Of a stretch of DNA of 64,000 nucleotides, positions 24,092 to 34,856 are shown one piece after another. A program made the position numbers and the translations under genes. The stretch's first letter is position 1. Every line of letters starts with the position of its first letter. Origin of the DNA: a virus (Duplodnaviria; Caudoviricetes); IMG/VR virus record IMGVR_UViG_3300032254_000001, positions 256,001 to 320,000 of that record, one strand, 5' to 3'. The notes below the pieces were generated by a model. That model did not search any database, was not told the DNA's origin, and saw nothing but the letters and a program-made list of their open reading frames with translations.

Positions 24092-25995
24092 TCTACTGCA
24101 CCCTCGTAGTTCGTGAAGCCACCTTCTTTAACCACCTTCATAGTATTGTTTACGCGACTAATTAATTCGTCGCGATGTGAAACAAGCCACACACTCTTTC
24201 CACGCTCTCGGGCCATGCCCTTCATGATTTTAATTGCGGCTTCAACTCCATTAGAGTCTAGGCCGTTGTCGACAAGCTCATCCACAAACAATAAGTTTAT
24301 ATGGTTATATAGGCTTTCCCAAACGTCCCGGAAGGCCCAGCTTAATGATAATATGAGTCTGTTGCGTTCACCGCGAGACAAGTTGTCGAAGTCTAATTCT
24401 CGTCCCATGTCTGTAATTTCTACAGACAAATCGGACATAAAGCGTACCAGGTGAGGAAGACCAATTTCACGTAGGTAGTGTGTGAGTCGATTATTTAAAT
24501 AAGCTAAATTCTGCTCAATAATCTTTTTACGTATGAAGCTGTCTTTGCTTGTTAACAGCTTTAATAGGAATGCTTGATGTTCTTGTAAATCAACTAGTCT
24601 GTTCATTTCATCGTAGTCAACATCCTGCATGCCTTTGTCTTTCATATCATTTATTTGATCAATGTACGGATCTTCATCAGCTAATGCTGTTTCTAACTGT
24701 GATGATAACGTTTCAAGTGAACTCTTGTGTCCATGTGCTTCGTCGATCGTCTTATAAAATGTTGTATTGCCTTTGTATCGCTCAGGACTAAATGTACGAG
24801 GCTCAACCTTCATACCTTGTACTTCTGGCGGAGAGCCTAGTTCAGCAAGTGTTAACTTATGCTCTTCTATACGACCCTCATTTAGTATCAACTGTTCTGA
24901 ACATTCTAATAGTTCTTTTTCTTTAGCTGCAATATTTTCTTCTTGCTTTGAATCGTGTAATTCCTGACCGCATGAATGACACTTGTGATCTGCTAATAAG
25001 TCAATATCTTTCTGGATTGACTGCGAACGTCTTTCTTGTGTTGTGCTATCGCTTGTAATCTGTTTAATCCAGCGATTGCACTCTAATACAGCTGAATTAA
25101 ACTTATCAACGGCAGCTTTATCTTTGTCTGATTGTAGCTTTAGTTCAGCATTGAACTTGTCTACTTCGGCTTGTCCCTTAGCATTTACTTTATCAGTTTC
25201 GACACGCTTGTCGGCATTATTTTTGTGTTTGGTAATCTCATCTTCGATGTCAAGTTCCATTAACTTTTCAATAGCAGCAACATGGTCGCCGACAGTTTCA
25301 TCCTTCTTACGTTGCCACATACGCTGTCTACGCTCAAGCCCTTCGATCTGCTCTTCGATGTGTTCGTTAGCTTTGATAACTGCACTTAAGCGGAACTCTT
25401 CTTCTTTAATTTGGTCTTTAGCTGTTTTATTAATTGCTTTAAGTGCTTCTGCCTTCTCAGTAAGTACTGTAATACCAAGCAATTCTTCAATGATGTTCTT
25501 TTGTTCACCTGCCTTCATTGACAAGAACGGTGTTGTATATGTGTTTAATGCTATTGCATGTTTAAACATGTCGTGGCTAATGCCTAGTAGACTCGCAATC
25601 TCTTTCTGAGTCTCACGACCATCACCTTGCGCTTCATCATCTGCTTTTTGTTCTTTATTATCTTTATAGAACTTTAATACATTTGGTTTACGTCCACGCT
25701 CAATTCTGTATTGAGTTTGATCGATGTCAAATTCAACACTAACAAGCATGTTCGCTGCATTTGTTTTGTTAATAAGATTATTAACTTTAATGTCTGACAA
25801 TGCGCTACCGTATAGTCCATAGCTGAGCGCATTTATTAATGTGGTTTTACCTGTACCGTTCCTGGAACCATTGCTGCCTAAGTCGAGGTTCTCGCCGAGG
25901 ACTAGGGTTAAGTCGTCGCGGTTAAAATCGACAGCCTGTGTGGCATTGCCGATTGACATGAAATTTTTTACGGTTAAATTCTTTATTCTGATCAT
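24088..25995 (-). CDS. gp46: Rad50/SbcC-like recombination ATPase (gp46)
   Basis: NGTGKTT Walker A, CHSC zinc hook, LSRGE signature, LFVDE Walker B. Confidence 0.95.
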   Translation of the reverse strand: MIRIKNLTVKNFMSIGNATQAVDFNRDDLTLVLGENLDLGSNGSRNGTGKTTLINALSYGLYGSALSDIKVNNLINKTNAANMLVSVEFDIDQTQYRIERGRKPNVLKFYKDNKEQKADDEAQGDGRETQKEIASLLGISHDMFKHAIALNTYTTPFLSMKAGEQKNIIEELLGITVLTEKAEALKAINKTAKDQIKEEEFRLSAVIKANEHIEEQIEGLERRQRMWQRKKDETVGDHVAAIEKLMELDIEDEITKHKNNADKRVETDKVNAKGQAEVDKFNAELKLQSDKDKAAVDKFNSAVLECNRWIKQITSDSTTQERRSQSIQKDIDLLADHKCHSCGQELHDSKQEENIAAKEKELLECSEQLILNEGRIEEHKLTLAELGSPPEVQGMKVEPRTFSPERYKGNTTFYKTIDEAHGHKSSLETLSSQLETALADEDPYIDQINDMKDKGMQDVDYDEMNRLVDLQEHQAFLLKLLTSKDSFIRKKIIEQNLAYLNNRLTHYLREIGLPHLVRFMSDLSVEITDMGRELDFDNLSRGERNRLILSLSWAFRDVWESLYNHINLLFVDELVDNGLDSNGVEAAIKIMKGMARERGKSVWLVSHRDELISRVNNTMKVVKEGGFTNYEGAVE

Positions 25996-26044
25996 TTAGC
26001 TATTATACTACCATTGTTGTGTTATATCAATTTATTTGAATCAT

Positions 26045-26578
26045 TTACCCTAAGGTTTCAATGAGTTGCGTGATTTCTTTGTCTTCCAATTCAGTTAGTG
26101 TTTGGAAGTTGTGATCTAATATATCTTTATTTTGATTTAGTAAAACCTGCACTTCTGATATATCCAGACCGCAGAATTTTATTATTTCTTTTTCTATCAT
26201 TAAAAATCTTTTTACAGGATCTAATTCTAGATCATATGACTCATCAATAAAATGGTCAAACGTTTTAAACCCGTTGTCATGCAACATAGCTAATGTTTTA
26301 GGTGCACCTACTACAATAAAGAAACGCTTTGCTGCTATTGGTCTTACTGTTTTTTCAGTAATAAACGGATACGGATAATCAAATACTGTTTCAGTTACAA
26401 TATCCAAACCGATCTTTTTATAAAATTCTGACTGGTACCAGCTGTCGTCCCATCCTGGAGGCTTATCAGCAATTAATGGATCCTTGATCTTTTCAAATCT
26501 ATTATTAACATCTAGACCCTTGCCTACAAGCCTATCGTATATCCGTGTCTGCGTCATTGTTTTAAGGAATTCATTCAT
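26045..26578 (-). CDS. Hypothetical protein resembling the C-terminal half of 59118-60155
   Basis: TEKTVRPIAAKRFFIVVGAP versus TEKLIRPMAYKRPFLLIGSP. Confidence 0.65.
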   Translation of the reverse strand: MNEFLKTMTQTRIYDRLVGKGLDVNNRFEKIKDPLIADKPPGWDDSWYQSEFYKKIGLDIVTETVFDYPYPFITEKTVRPIAAKRFFIVVGAPKTLAMLHDNGFKTFDHFIDESYDLELDPVKRFLMIEKEIIKFCGLDISEVQVLLNQNKDILDHNFQTLTELEDKEITQLIETLG

Positions 26579-27111
26579 GATGAAACTGCAATCTTATTTA
26601 ATAGGTTGTTGTCAGTGATGGAATTATACATTGCAATTCGATGCGACCTTGGAACCCCGCCCATCATACAAATAGCATTCTTCTCTACACGATCTGCGTC
26701 AATGTTGTAGTTTTCGTATCCGTTTGCATTTATTGTTAGATTAGTAATAAACGTTTCGATTACTGTAGGCATGGATTCAGTTTCGTGATTTGTCATTGCT
26801 GATATTTCTTCAGTGATACCAAAATTATTAGTAACTAGCACAACGACGCCCATTGATATATCGACTGTTCTAAAACATTCTATTAGGTTGTATATGTTAA
26901 GCCCATTCTTTAATATAGCCGGATTGTAATAATCTGTATCGAAGTGTTCGATTAAAATACGCTGATTTGGTAATATTGGTTGCTCTATTTTCTGGAGCTT
27001 GTCTATTAATACGTTAAAGTCTCTATCGAACTTTGTAAATTTATCAGCTAGTACTATATCGAATCTGTTGTACAATACATCTTTATACCGTTGTGATAAA
27101 AAGGATTTCAT
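26575..27111 (-). CDS. Hypothetical protein
   Basis: ATGA-coupled between gp47 and 26045-26578. Confidence 0.65.
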   Translation of the reverse strand: MKSFLSQRYKDVLYNRFDIVLADKFTKFDRDFNVLIDKLQKIEQPILPNQRILIEHFDTDYYNPAILKNGLNIYNLIECFRTVDISMGVVVLVTNNFGITEEISAMTNHETESMPTVIETFITNLTINANGYENYNIDADRVEKNAICMMGGVPRSHRIAMYNSITDNNLLNKIAVSS

Positions 27112-28121
27112 AAGCTATTGTAGATTTCCATTAACAAACCAATTTTATAAAAGTCACTTTCGATTGCTGCAATTTGCTCGCCAATTATAGTGTCTACACT
27201 ATTAAACGATACTTCAGCATCATTGTCCTGCTCAAATTCTTGATCCTTCATTGGAATCAAACTAATCTCACGCAAGTTGTAATCTGTTATAAAGGTTTCT
27301 TTAATAAAGTTAGCTTCTTCGTAGCTAACGTCAATGTCTAAGTTAACCTTAACATACATATTAGGACCAAGTAGATCTGGAGCATTGTCTAGTAGATTGC
27401 TTAAGTTTAATACTTTATATAACGGTTGATCTGGCCATGCATGGAATGTAGGGTCTTTATCCCACTCCAATACCATAGCACCACGCTGGTCATCTCCTGC
27501 ATCTGCAAAGTTATGTGGGAAGCAATTGCCTACATAGGTAACGTTACCACGCTCTTGTCGCATATGAAAGTGACCACTAAACACTTGGTCTACATTAGCC
27601 ATTTGCTCAGACTTAACAGTACCGTGGTCAGGCATTTCTACCAACGCATTCATTTTAAAATGCGGGAGCTCGAAATGTCCGAACATGTACTTGGCTTTGA
27701 TCTTTGTTAACTTTTTATAATCGTCTCCAACAAGCCACGGAACAATCGCAACATCATCTTGTTTAAACCAGTCATTACAAATCGTAATGTTAGGCAAGTG
27801 CTTTGCCCACTCAATCCCGTGTATGTCCCGCTTATCTCTATAGTAGAGGTCGTGATTTCCAGGGATAAAATAAAAATTTTCGAATGCATCATTTAGTTTC
27901 TCCAAACTTCTCAAACTATAGTTCAGAGTTTGGAGATTAATGGACGCCCTGTGGTGATGCCAATCGCCAAGAAACAGTCCAGTTTCGCAGCCTTGTTCTT
28001 TGGCCGTTGCTATGGCCCAATCGACGAATGCTTCGCAATCTTTATTATGTTGTTGACTATTTGATTTTAATCCAAAATGTATATCTGTAAATACTAATGC
28101 CTTATTAAAAAGCTGACCCAT
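27108..28121 (-). CDS. gp47: Mre11/SbcD-like nuclease (gp47)
   Basis: TDIHFG, LGDWHH, GNHD, GHFE and SGHFH phosphoesterase motifs. Confidence 0.95.
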   Translation of the reverse strand: MGQLFNKALVFTDIHFGLKSNSQQHNKDCEAFVDWAIATAKEQGCETGLFLGDWHHHRASINLQTLNYSLRSLEKLNDAFENFYFIPGNHDLYYRDKRDIHGIEWAKHLPNITICNDWFKQDDVAIVPWLVGDDYKKLTKIKAKYMFGHFELPHFKMNALVEMPDHGTVKSEQMANVDQVFSGHFHMRQERGNVTYVGNCFPHNFADAGDDQRGAMVLEWDKDPTFHAWPDQPLYKVLNLSNLLDNAPDLLGPNMYVKVNLDIDVSYEEANFIKETFITDYNLREISLIPMKDQEFEQDNDAEVSFNSVDTIIGEQIAAIESDFYKIGLLMEIYNSL

Positions 28122-28140
28122 TTTTATTATTATCCTGTTC

Positions 28141-28983
28141 TTACGTATACTTCCACAGCTCTGCGGCTGTATTAGGGAATGTATCCCCTATTTCGTTGCA
28201 TCTTAGATCGAGTTGTAGTTTCTCGCGAAGATAATATTGAATATACGCTTCGTCTATTATACTACAATTGTCTGGTAATGCACAATCAATGCGGTTAACA
28301 AAGTTCGAAAGGAACTCAGTAACTACGTTATTCTTATTAAGATTACTTTGTAGTGCTAACATACTCTCGTGGTTATCTATTATAGTACTAATAGGTGCGG
28401 TTAGCTCTGTGTCTAAAAATTCAACTGTACTGGTTAACAAATCTTCAAAGTTGTAAAGTAAATCATACAGATCGATTGTTTTAATGTTCTCTGATTCGAA
28501 ATGATATATGTCTGGTGCATCGTAAAATAGTTTATAACTTAGTATTTCTCGTTGTTGAGAGATTTCAGTTACATCATTTAACTCAGATATACCAAACCAA
28601 TCTTTTCTTTTGTTGCGTGTTTTTTGCAACCAATTGTTTGCTGCTACTAGTTGCATATCCTGTGTGTATTTTATTGCTATAATTTTATTACACTTTGATA
28701 CAGCTTCTGTCATTAATGCATCTTCATCCATGCCCGTAGCTGGATCACCGTAGTGTATGCAAAAGAACGGATGGTGTGCATGTGTTGTGCTGTTAACCCA
28801 CTTAGACCAAAACGGCCCAGGACGAGGTCTCTCAAATTGAGAATGTGATCCGCCATCAGCATTAAACGGCAGCCCGGGGTGGTTGTGTAACCCCCGAGCT
28901 GTAAAGTTGTTTAATACCCAGTGTATATAATGGCCGTAACTACCGAGATTAAAAAAGATAGGAACACGATCTTTTAATAGCAC
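28141..28983 (-). CDS. Hypothetical protein
   Basis: 280-aa ORF between gp55 and gp47. Confidence 0.65.
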   Translation of the reverse strand: MLLKDRVPIFFNLGSYGHYIHWVLNNFTARGLHNHPGLPFNADGGSHSQFERPRPGPFWSKWVNSTTHAHHPFFCIHYGDPATGMDEDALMTEAVSKCNKIIAIKYTQDMQLVAANNWLQKTRNKRKDWFGISELNDVTEISQQREILSYKLFYDAPDIYHFESENIKTIDLYDLLYNFEDLLTSTVEFLDTELTAPISTIIDNHESMLALQSNLNKNNVVTEFLSNFVNRIDCALPDNCSIIDEAYIQYYLREKLQLDLRCNEIGDTFPNTAAELWKYT

Positions 28984-29961
28984 TTATGAATCGTCAGTTT
29001 TCTTTTTGTTGGGGTTACACAAGTTATAATCGTATGCAAAGTCTTCTTTCTTGCCTTCGTTTGCAAACTGTCTAGTCCAACTAGGTGTTAGTCCGTTAGC
29101 TTCGAGAATATCATCACGTATATTTTGCATCTTCTTCTCAATGTTTAGTACACGAGTAAAGCTGTTAGTCACTGCGGCAGTGTAGTACGCAAATGGGTTC
29201 TGTGATTTAAGTTCATTAAACTGTAGCCCAATCTGTGATAGCTGCAATAACGCTTGTCCTTGCATCTCATCGTTATACGTATACCCACGCCAGTTACTAC
29301 GTGTGCCATAACGTTCGCATAGCTTTATGTACATCATAGCTAAGTTATTTGTAGTTCTGCCATGATCTTTGGTAAACTTGCCTTCTTCGATATCGCCCTT
29401 CCAGTGTGATTTACCTACTATTTCTGCAGATAGCTCACCATCTGTGTCTGTTACACGGTAATGGAAGAATGGAGGGAAGTTAACACGCATTGGTATCATT
29501 TCAACATCTGGATCAGTTGGTGATAATGATTGATCATCGTCAGTTTCGATTAGTTCGTCAAATACTGCGTTTGCTTTTGCTTGTTTCGCTGCTTTAGCTA
29601 ATGCCGCTTTTGATTTCTTCTTAGGCACTAGCGGAATGTGCTCATTGGTCATAACACGGAATACAACATCATGCAGTTCAACGTCTGCTACATCTGTCGG
29701 TATTTCTAACTTAGTGAGTCGTGTTGCTCGTGCTTGTCTAGCTAAATCAACGACGGGTACGTCTTTGAATGTAGGGTTACCGTTTTCGTCTTTGCCGACA
29801 TCAACGTTCTGTGTTCCCCAAATTTCTTCTAGTGATTCTACTATGAAGTCTTGCTGATTGTCCTCAACTTTATCTTTAAAGGAACAATATGATATTTTGC
29901 TTAGGTGTATTTCTTTAAGCATATCCTTATTATTTAAGTAATTCTTTTTTCTCTTAGCCAT
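28984..29961 (-). CDS. gp55: Late transcription sigma factor (gp55-like)
   Basis: N-terminal KNYLNNKDMLKEI; NWRGYTYNDEM and NPFAYYT; ATG 29961 with GAGGA upstream. Confidence 0.9.
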   Translation of the reverse strand: MAKRKKNYLNNKDMLKEIHLSKISYCSFKDKVEDNQQDFIVESLEEIWGTQNVDVGKDENGNPTFKDVPVVDLARQARATRLTKLEIPTDVADVELHDVVFRVMTNEHIPLVPKKKSKAALAKAAKQAKANAVFDELIETDDDQSLSPTDPDVEMIPMRVNFPPFFHYRVTDTDGELSAEIVGKSHWKGDIEEGKFTKDHGRTTNNLAMMYIKLCERYGTRSNWRGYTYNDEMQGQALLQLSQIGLQFNELKSQNPFAYYTAAVTNSFTRVLNIEKKMQNIRDDILEANGLTPSWTRQFANEGKKEDFAYDYNLCNPNKKKTDDS

Positions 29962-29987
29962 AAAATCCTCGTTGCTGTAGTGCATAC

Positions 29988-30015
29988 AGTATAACATGAT
30001 GTGCGTATTTGTCAA
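29988..30015 (-). promoter_or_regulatory. sigma70-type promoter for the gp55 operon
   Basis: TTGACA-16 nt-TATACT with extended TG. Confidence 0.6.
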
Positions 30016-30048
30016 CCTAAGTTATTATATTGGGTTATAATGACTATC

Positions 30049-30056
30049 CATAAATA
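30049..30056 (+). promoter_or_regulatory. Late promoter CATAAATA
   Basis: Upstream of ATG 30081. Confidence 0.7.
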
Positions 30057-30080
30057 CAACATTAGAATAGGAATATATTT

Positions 30081-31205
30081 ATGGCAACAGTTAGACAGAC
30101 AAATTCTACGTTAACAACTATTGAGTTTGACGAAGACGGCAATGAATCGTATTTCATCGACGGGAAACAGGTACAACGCGATGAGTATGTACAGTCTGGC
30201 GCTGATAATGTTGAGCTGACAGAAGGTGAATTAACAGCCCAGTACCAAGCTGAACTTAAATCTAACGGTTGGACTGACGAGCAGATTGAAGAGTACCAGG
30301 GTTATGAAGACGACGACGAGTTTGATCCAAACGATCCTGATAACTTAGTTGTAGACCCAGTAGGCAGCGGCCCTATTACACAGGGCGAACTTGATCTTAG
30401 ACAAGATGAAGAACGCTTTGATGAAGAATTAGAACGAAGAACAGCTGAAGGGCAATCTATTGCTGATAAGGAAAATGACTGGCGTGTACGTTTACACTTA
30501 GCACCATCAGCAGATTACTTGTATGCATCAAAAGATCCAGGTATATTAGCTCCATTAATGGAAACAAACGGTCTTATATTTCCGTACACTCCGCAAATTG
30601 CTATTCAGTACAATGCAGATTACGAAAACTATGATTTAGTTCATAGTAACTACCGAGGCTATTTTTATAAAGGAAGCCAAGTACAAAACATTCTTGTAAC
30701 AGCAACATTCACAGCTAATGACGCACAAGAAGCAAATTATATGCTAGCAGCAATGCATTTTTTACGTAGTGCTACTAAGATGTTTTACGGCCAGGACATA
30801 GAACGCGGCATGCCACCACCAGTTGTATTTTTAACTGGACTAGGTGAGTATCAATTTGATGGGCATCCGTGTGCTGTTACTATGATGAATTACAATTTAC
30901 CTAACGATGTTGATTATATTTCATGTGGTAAGCCTAGTGGTGTAAAGCCGTTGCCAACACCACGCGATAATCTTTCACCTTCTATTCCATCGACACGATT
31001 AGAAGCTGCAAACTTAGAGAAAGGTGCCAGAGAGGAAGTTGTTGAACGAGCTGAGACTGACACGTATCTAAAGGCAACATATGTGCCTACAAAAATTGAT
31101 TTTAACTTTACTATGATTCCAATTCAAACACGTGATCAAGTTAGTAAAGAATTTAGTCTGAAGGACTACGCATCAGGTAAATTACTTAAGAAGGGGTTCT
31201 GGTAA
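30081..31205 (+). CDS. Tail tube/baseplate cap protein (gp48/gp54-like) with acidic N-terminal extension
   Basis: DWRVRL, GLIFPYTPQI, MPPPVVFL.G.G motifs; first gene of the baseplate module. Confidence 0.65.
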   Translation: MATVRQTNSTLTTIEFDEDGNESYFIDGKQVQRDEYVQSGADNVELTEGELTAQYQAELKSNGWTDEQIEEYQGYEDDDEFDPNDPDNLVVDPVGSGPITQGELDLRQDEERFDEELERRTAEGQSIADKENDWRVRLHLAPSADYLYASKDPGILAPLMETNGLIFPYTPQIAIQYNADYENYDLVHSNYRGYFYKGSQVQNILVTATFTANDAQEANYMLAAMHFLRSATKMFYGQDIERGMPPPVVFLTGLGEYQFDGHPCAVTMMNYNLPNDVDYISCGKPSGVKPLPTPRDNLSPSIPSTRLEAANLEKGAREEVVERAETDTYLKATYVPTKIDFNFTMIPIQTRDQVSKEFSLKDYASGKLLKKGFW

Positions 31206-31510
31206 TGGCAATAACACAATATCCAAAGAAGAGTGCGTATGCATTAACGGTCACACATGATCACTATCTAGACTTGATGGTTAACAGAGACATACCAAAA
31301 TTAGATAGTGATGTGGAATTTACAATTACACAGACGTACAATTTACGCCCGGATCTACTAGCGTTTGACTTGTACGACGATTCAGAGTTATGGTGGGTAT
31401 TTGCCCAACGTAACCCAGACGTATTGAAAAATCCTTTACTTGATTTTAGCACAGGCACAACAATACGTTTACCTAACATAGACACATTGCGAGATACACT
31501 GGGCTTCTAA
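31205..31510 (+). CDS. Baseplate wedge gp53-like / LysM-like protein
   Basis: RPDLLAFDLYDDSELWWVFAQRN. Confidence 0.8.
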   Translation: MAITQYPKKSAYALTVTHDHYLDLMVNRDIPKLDSDVEFTITQTYNLRPDLLAFDLYDDSELWWVFAQRNPDVLKNPLLDFSTGTTIRLPNIDTLRDTLGF

Positions 31511-33414
31511 TGGCAGAGTTAACTGGACCAATTCCAAATCCTTTCCGCGCATTCAATACAATGACGTATAGTATGTCATTGTATTTGCAAGATCCTAAAG
31601 AATACGCAAGCATGATGGCCACTGGTAAAAAGGATGTAAGCAAATTAGAACTACTAGTACAAAGTGGTGGCATAAGTAGCGACACAACTAAAACCGGTGG
31701 CAACTTTGGTGCGACACGAAACAAGTTTTTCACACGTGACTTTTACTTAGACGACATTCAGCTTTCTAGCTATATTGCAGGAACATCAACAGGCGGCCCG
31801 CAAAACAGTTTCGAAATGAATTTTACAGTAACAGAACCGATGGGCTTAACGTTCATGGATCGTTTATATAATGCTGCAACTGATTTTGCTGAGAGGAAAG
31901 GGTATCAAAACTTTAACCCAATTAACCAAATCTACTTAGCTGTTATTCGTTTTTACGGATACGATGAAAATGGTAAGCAGGTTATAAACGGAAAGTTCAA
32001 TGACGGTTCGGACGATCAGTCGTACATTGAGAAGTGGATACCTATAATGATACGTAGTGTTCAGTTCAGAGTTGAGACGGCAAAAGTAGTGTACTCATGT
32101 GAGTGTGTTTGCCCACAGACTCAAGTAGGGCACGGTCAGGTTCACGGTACGATTCCGTTTGATATTGCACTACAGGGCGAAACATTAAAGGACTTACTTG
32201 ACGGTACAGTAAAACGTACACTAGCAGGCGGAGTTGTTACAACAGGCTTGATGTCTGCTTTAAACAGCCACCAGCTCAAGTTAGCAGCAGATAACAAGTA
32301 CCAGTTCGCAGACAAATATGCAATTGAGTTTGAAGCAGGAGCCGGAATTGAGGACGAAACAGTAACAGCACTTGGAACATCAGTAGTGATGAAGAGTGGT
32401 ACTGCTAGTGGTGCGAATCCAGCAGCAGAGTCTAAGATGAAATCAGGCAGTGCTAAAAATGTTAAATCAGTTCAAACAACGGCAACCAATGCAGGTATGA
32501 AAATAGTAAAATTCATAGACCTTGCTATTAGAAATAGTTCATTTATGACTAAGCAGTACAAGAAAATGAACGAAGCTAACAAAGATAAGACAACAAAATT
32601 CCGCACACCTAAGCCGTTTAAGTGGTTTAAGATTCGTCCTCGTATTGAGATAATAGATTTCGATTCTAAACGTCAGGCATGGGCGTATAAGATTACTTAC
32701 GTTGTAACGCTTTACAATGTTAGTACAGTTAATACAAATGACTTTGAAAGTGCTGACTGTTTTAAAACACACAAAGAATATGATTTCTGGTTTACAGGTA
32801 AGAACACAGAAGTACTAGATTTTAAACAAGATTATAATTCATTCTATTACACTACATTTAGTGATAAGCATAAAGAAAATCCTAATGAGAACCCAGAAGC
32901 ACAAACTAACTTACGAGCAATGAGAACGTACAGGGCTAACTCTATTGAGTCTAATGCAGGAAGTGAAAACAAAGAAAATGAACAGGCTGCTAATGCAGCA
33001 AGCATATTATATGCGCCGCAGGATATTGCTAATGTTAGTATTGACATAGTTGGAGACCCAGACTGGTTAGGGCAGAGCGAACTGTTTTATGCTGCAACTC
33101 CTGAGCCTAAGGATCCTGTACTTGATGATGGATCTATTAACTACGATACAGCAGAAGTGTTCTTCTCGGTGAATTTTAATACTGTAGTTGATTACGATCT
33201 CGATACTGGTATTGCTGATGTAACACAAAAGAACGTAAGTAAAAATTTAAATGGTAGCGAGCCTGGTGGCGTGTCTCAGTACAGTTTTGTCTATAGGGCA
33301 AACACAATAGTATCACAGTTCGCAGGCGGACAGTTTGTACAGAAATTAGAAGGCACATTAGTATTCATACCAGAACGATGCATAACAGGCCAAGCGCCGG
33401 AAGATAAAGGTTAA
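31510..33414 (+). CDS. Baseplate hub protein (gp27-like)
   Basis: Position upstream of gp5; IVGDPDWL motif. Confidence 0.6.
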   Translation: MAELTGPIPNPFRAFNTMTYSMSLYLQDPKEYASMMATGKKDVSKLELLVQSGGISSDTTKTGGNFGATRNKFFTRDFYLDDIQLSSYIAGTSTGGPQNSFEMNFTVTEPMGLTFMDRLYNAATDFAERKGYQNFNPINQIYLAVIRFYGYDENGKQVINGKFNDGSDDQSYIEKWIPIMIRSVQFRVETAKVVYSCECVCPQTQVGHGQVHGTIPFDIALQGETLKDLLDGTVKRTLAGGVVTTGLMSALNSHQLKLAADNKYQFADKYAIEFEAGAGIEDETVTALGTSVVMKSGTASGANPAAESKMKSGSAKNVKSVQTTATNAGMKIVKFIDLAIRNSSFMTKQYKKMNEANKDKTTKFRTPKPFKWFKIRPRIEIIDFDSKRQAWAYKITYVVTLYNVSTVNTNDFESADCFKTHKEYDFWFTGKNTEVLDFKQDYNSFYYTTFSDKHKENPNENPEAQTNLRAMRTYRANSIESNAGSENKENEQAANAASILYAPQDIANVSIDIVGDPDWLGQSELFYAATPEPKDPVLDDGSINYDTAEVFFSVNFNTVVDYDLDTGIADVTQKNVSKNLNGSEPGGVSQYSFVYRANTIVSQFAGGQFVQKLEGTLVFIPERCITGQAPEDKG

Positions 33415-33416
33415 TT

Positions 33417-34856
33417 ATGGCACAAGAAGATTACACAGATGGCTTCGGCCTAGCTAAGAATTTCAAACAAGACCGCGGCGGCGTTGGTGGATATTCGGGA
33501 CCGTTTGAGGCTGAAATCATGTCTGTTGTGGACCCTACACATAGTGGAAGACTTGAAGTTTGGATTTCAGCGTTTGGTGATGAAAACACCAAAGACGAGC
33601 CATCGTCATGGACCACAGCACGATACCTTTCTCCGTACTATGGCATAACACAACATAAGATGATCGATGCCCCAGACCCAGACTTTGAAGCTAATGCACA
33701 CTCGTACGGTATGTGGGCGAATGTTCCTGACCCAGGTGGTAAAGTTCTAGTAGTGTTCTCAAACGGTGAACGCGATAAGTGTTACTACATAGGATTTATT
33801 CCTGAGCCTCAGATGAACCAAATGGTTCCTGCAATTGGTGCAAAGGAAGATGTACATTATAACAATGCAGCACAGTCTGAGAAGTGTGCTCATGCTGCTC
33901 GTAACCCAGTTATCGAAATGGATAAACGAGAAGCGTCAATGAATGATCCTGAGTTTGGTAAAATACCTAAGCCTATTCATTCTGTTGTTGCTGGACAGAT
34001 GTGGAAGCAAGGTATTATAATAGACCCATACCGTGGCCCAATTTCATCAAGTGCGCAACGAGAAAGCCCAAGCTATGTATACGGTGTTAGTACTCCGGGT
34101 CGCCCTATATATACTAACGGTATGTTTGATCACGAAGCGGAGTCAAAACTTGCGTCTGGTGAAGAAACAGATACTAGCATTGTTGGCAGACGCGGCGGAC
34201 ACACATTTGTTATGGACGATGGTGAAACTAACGGCGACAACAATTTAATACGTATTCGTACATCAACTGGTCATCAGATAACAATGACAGACGATGGTAA
34301 ATCTATATACATTGTACATGCTAATGGTAACTCATGGTGGGAGCTAGGCAACGAAGGCACCATCGACATGTATGCTGCAAACAGTATTAATATGCGAACA
34401 GGTGGCGAAATTAATATGCATGCCGACAAGAATATTAATATGAATGCAACAGAAAATATTAATATATACAGCAAGAAAAATACTACAGTAGAAGCTGAGG
34501 AAGCACTAAATTTAACAGGTAAGAAGAGTCTTACTGCATACAGTAAGTCTAAGCTTGGAGTTAAAGCAGACGGTACATTAACAGTAGAAGCAGGCGGTTC
34601 AGCATCGTGGAAGTCAGCAGGACACACAGAAATTAAAGGTGCCACCATTGGTTTAAACAATGGCGGAGCAGGCTCAGTTACTGCACCACCAGCGTTACCT
34701 CAAGTTAATTTCCCAGACGCAACAAAGAACGACACCGAAGGCTTTAAATTAGTACCAGGTAAGTTTAAGAGTATTGTTACTCGTGCGCCAACACACGAAC
34801 CTTGGGACGGTCACAATGCAGGAGTATCGAACGTGAAACCGTTTGATAAATCATAA
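33417..34856 (+). CDS. Baseplate central spike (gp5/VgrG-like)
   Basis: DPTHSGRLEVW OB fold, HSYGMW, GHTFVMDD, IRTSTGHQI and beta-helix repeats. Confidence 0.85.
   Translation: MAQEDYTDGFGLAKNFKQDRGGVGGYSGPFEAEIMSVVDPTHSGRLEVWISAFGDENTKDEPSSWTTARYLSPYYGITQHKMIDAPDPDFEANAHSYGMWANVPDPGGKVLVVFSNGERDKCYYIGFIPEPQMNQMVPAIGAKEDVHYNNAAQSEKCAHAARNPVIEMDKREASMNDPEFGKIPKPIHSVVAGQMWKQGIIIDPYRGPISSSAQRESPSYVYGVSTPGRPIYTNGMFDHEAESKLASGEETDTSIVGRRGGHTFVMDDGETNGDNNLIRIRTSTGHQITMTDDGKSIYIVHANGNSWWELGNEGTIDMYAANSINMRTGGEINMHADKNINMNATENINIYSKKNTTVEAEEALNLTGKKSLTAYSKSKLGVKADGTLTVEAGGSASWKSAGHTEIKGATIGLNNGGAGSVTAPPALPQVNFPDATKNDTEGFKLVPGKFKSIVTRAPTHEPWDGHNAGVSNVKPFDKS

Noticed and set aside
25060-25260. Intein or insertion in gp46
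   Set aside because: The extra segment is a short coiled-coil duplication (VDKFN twice) with no intein splice motifs.
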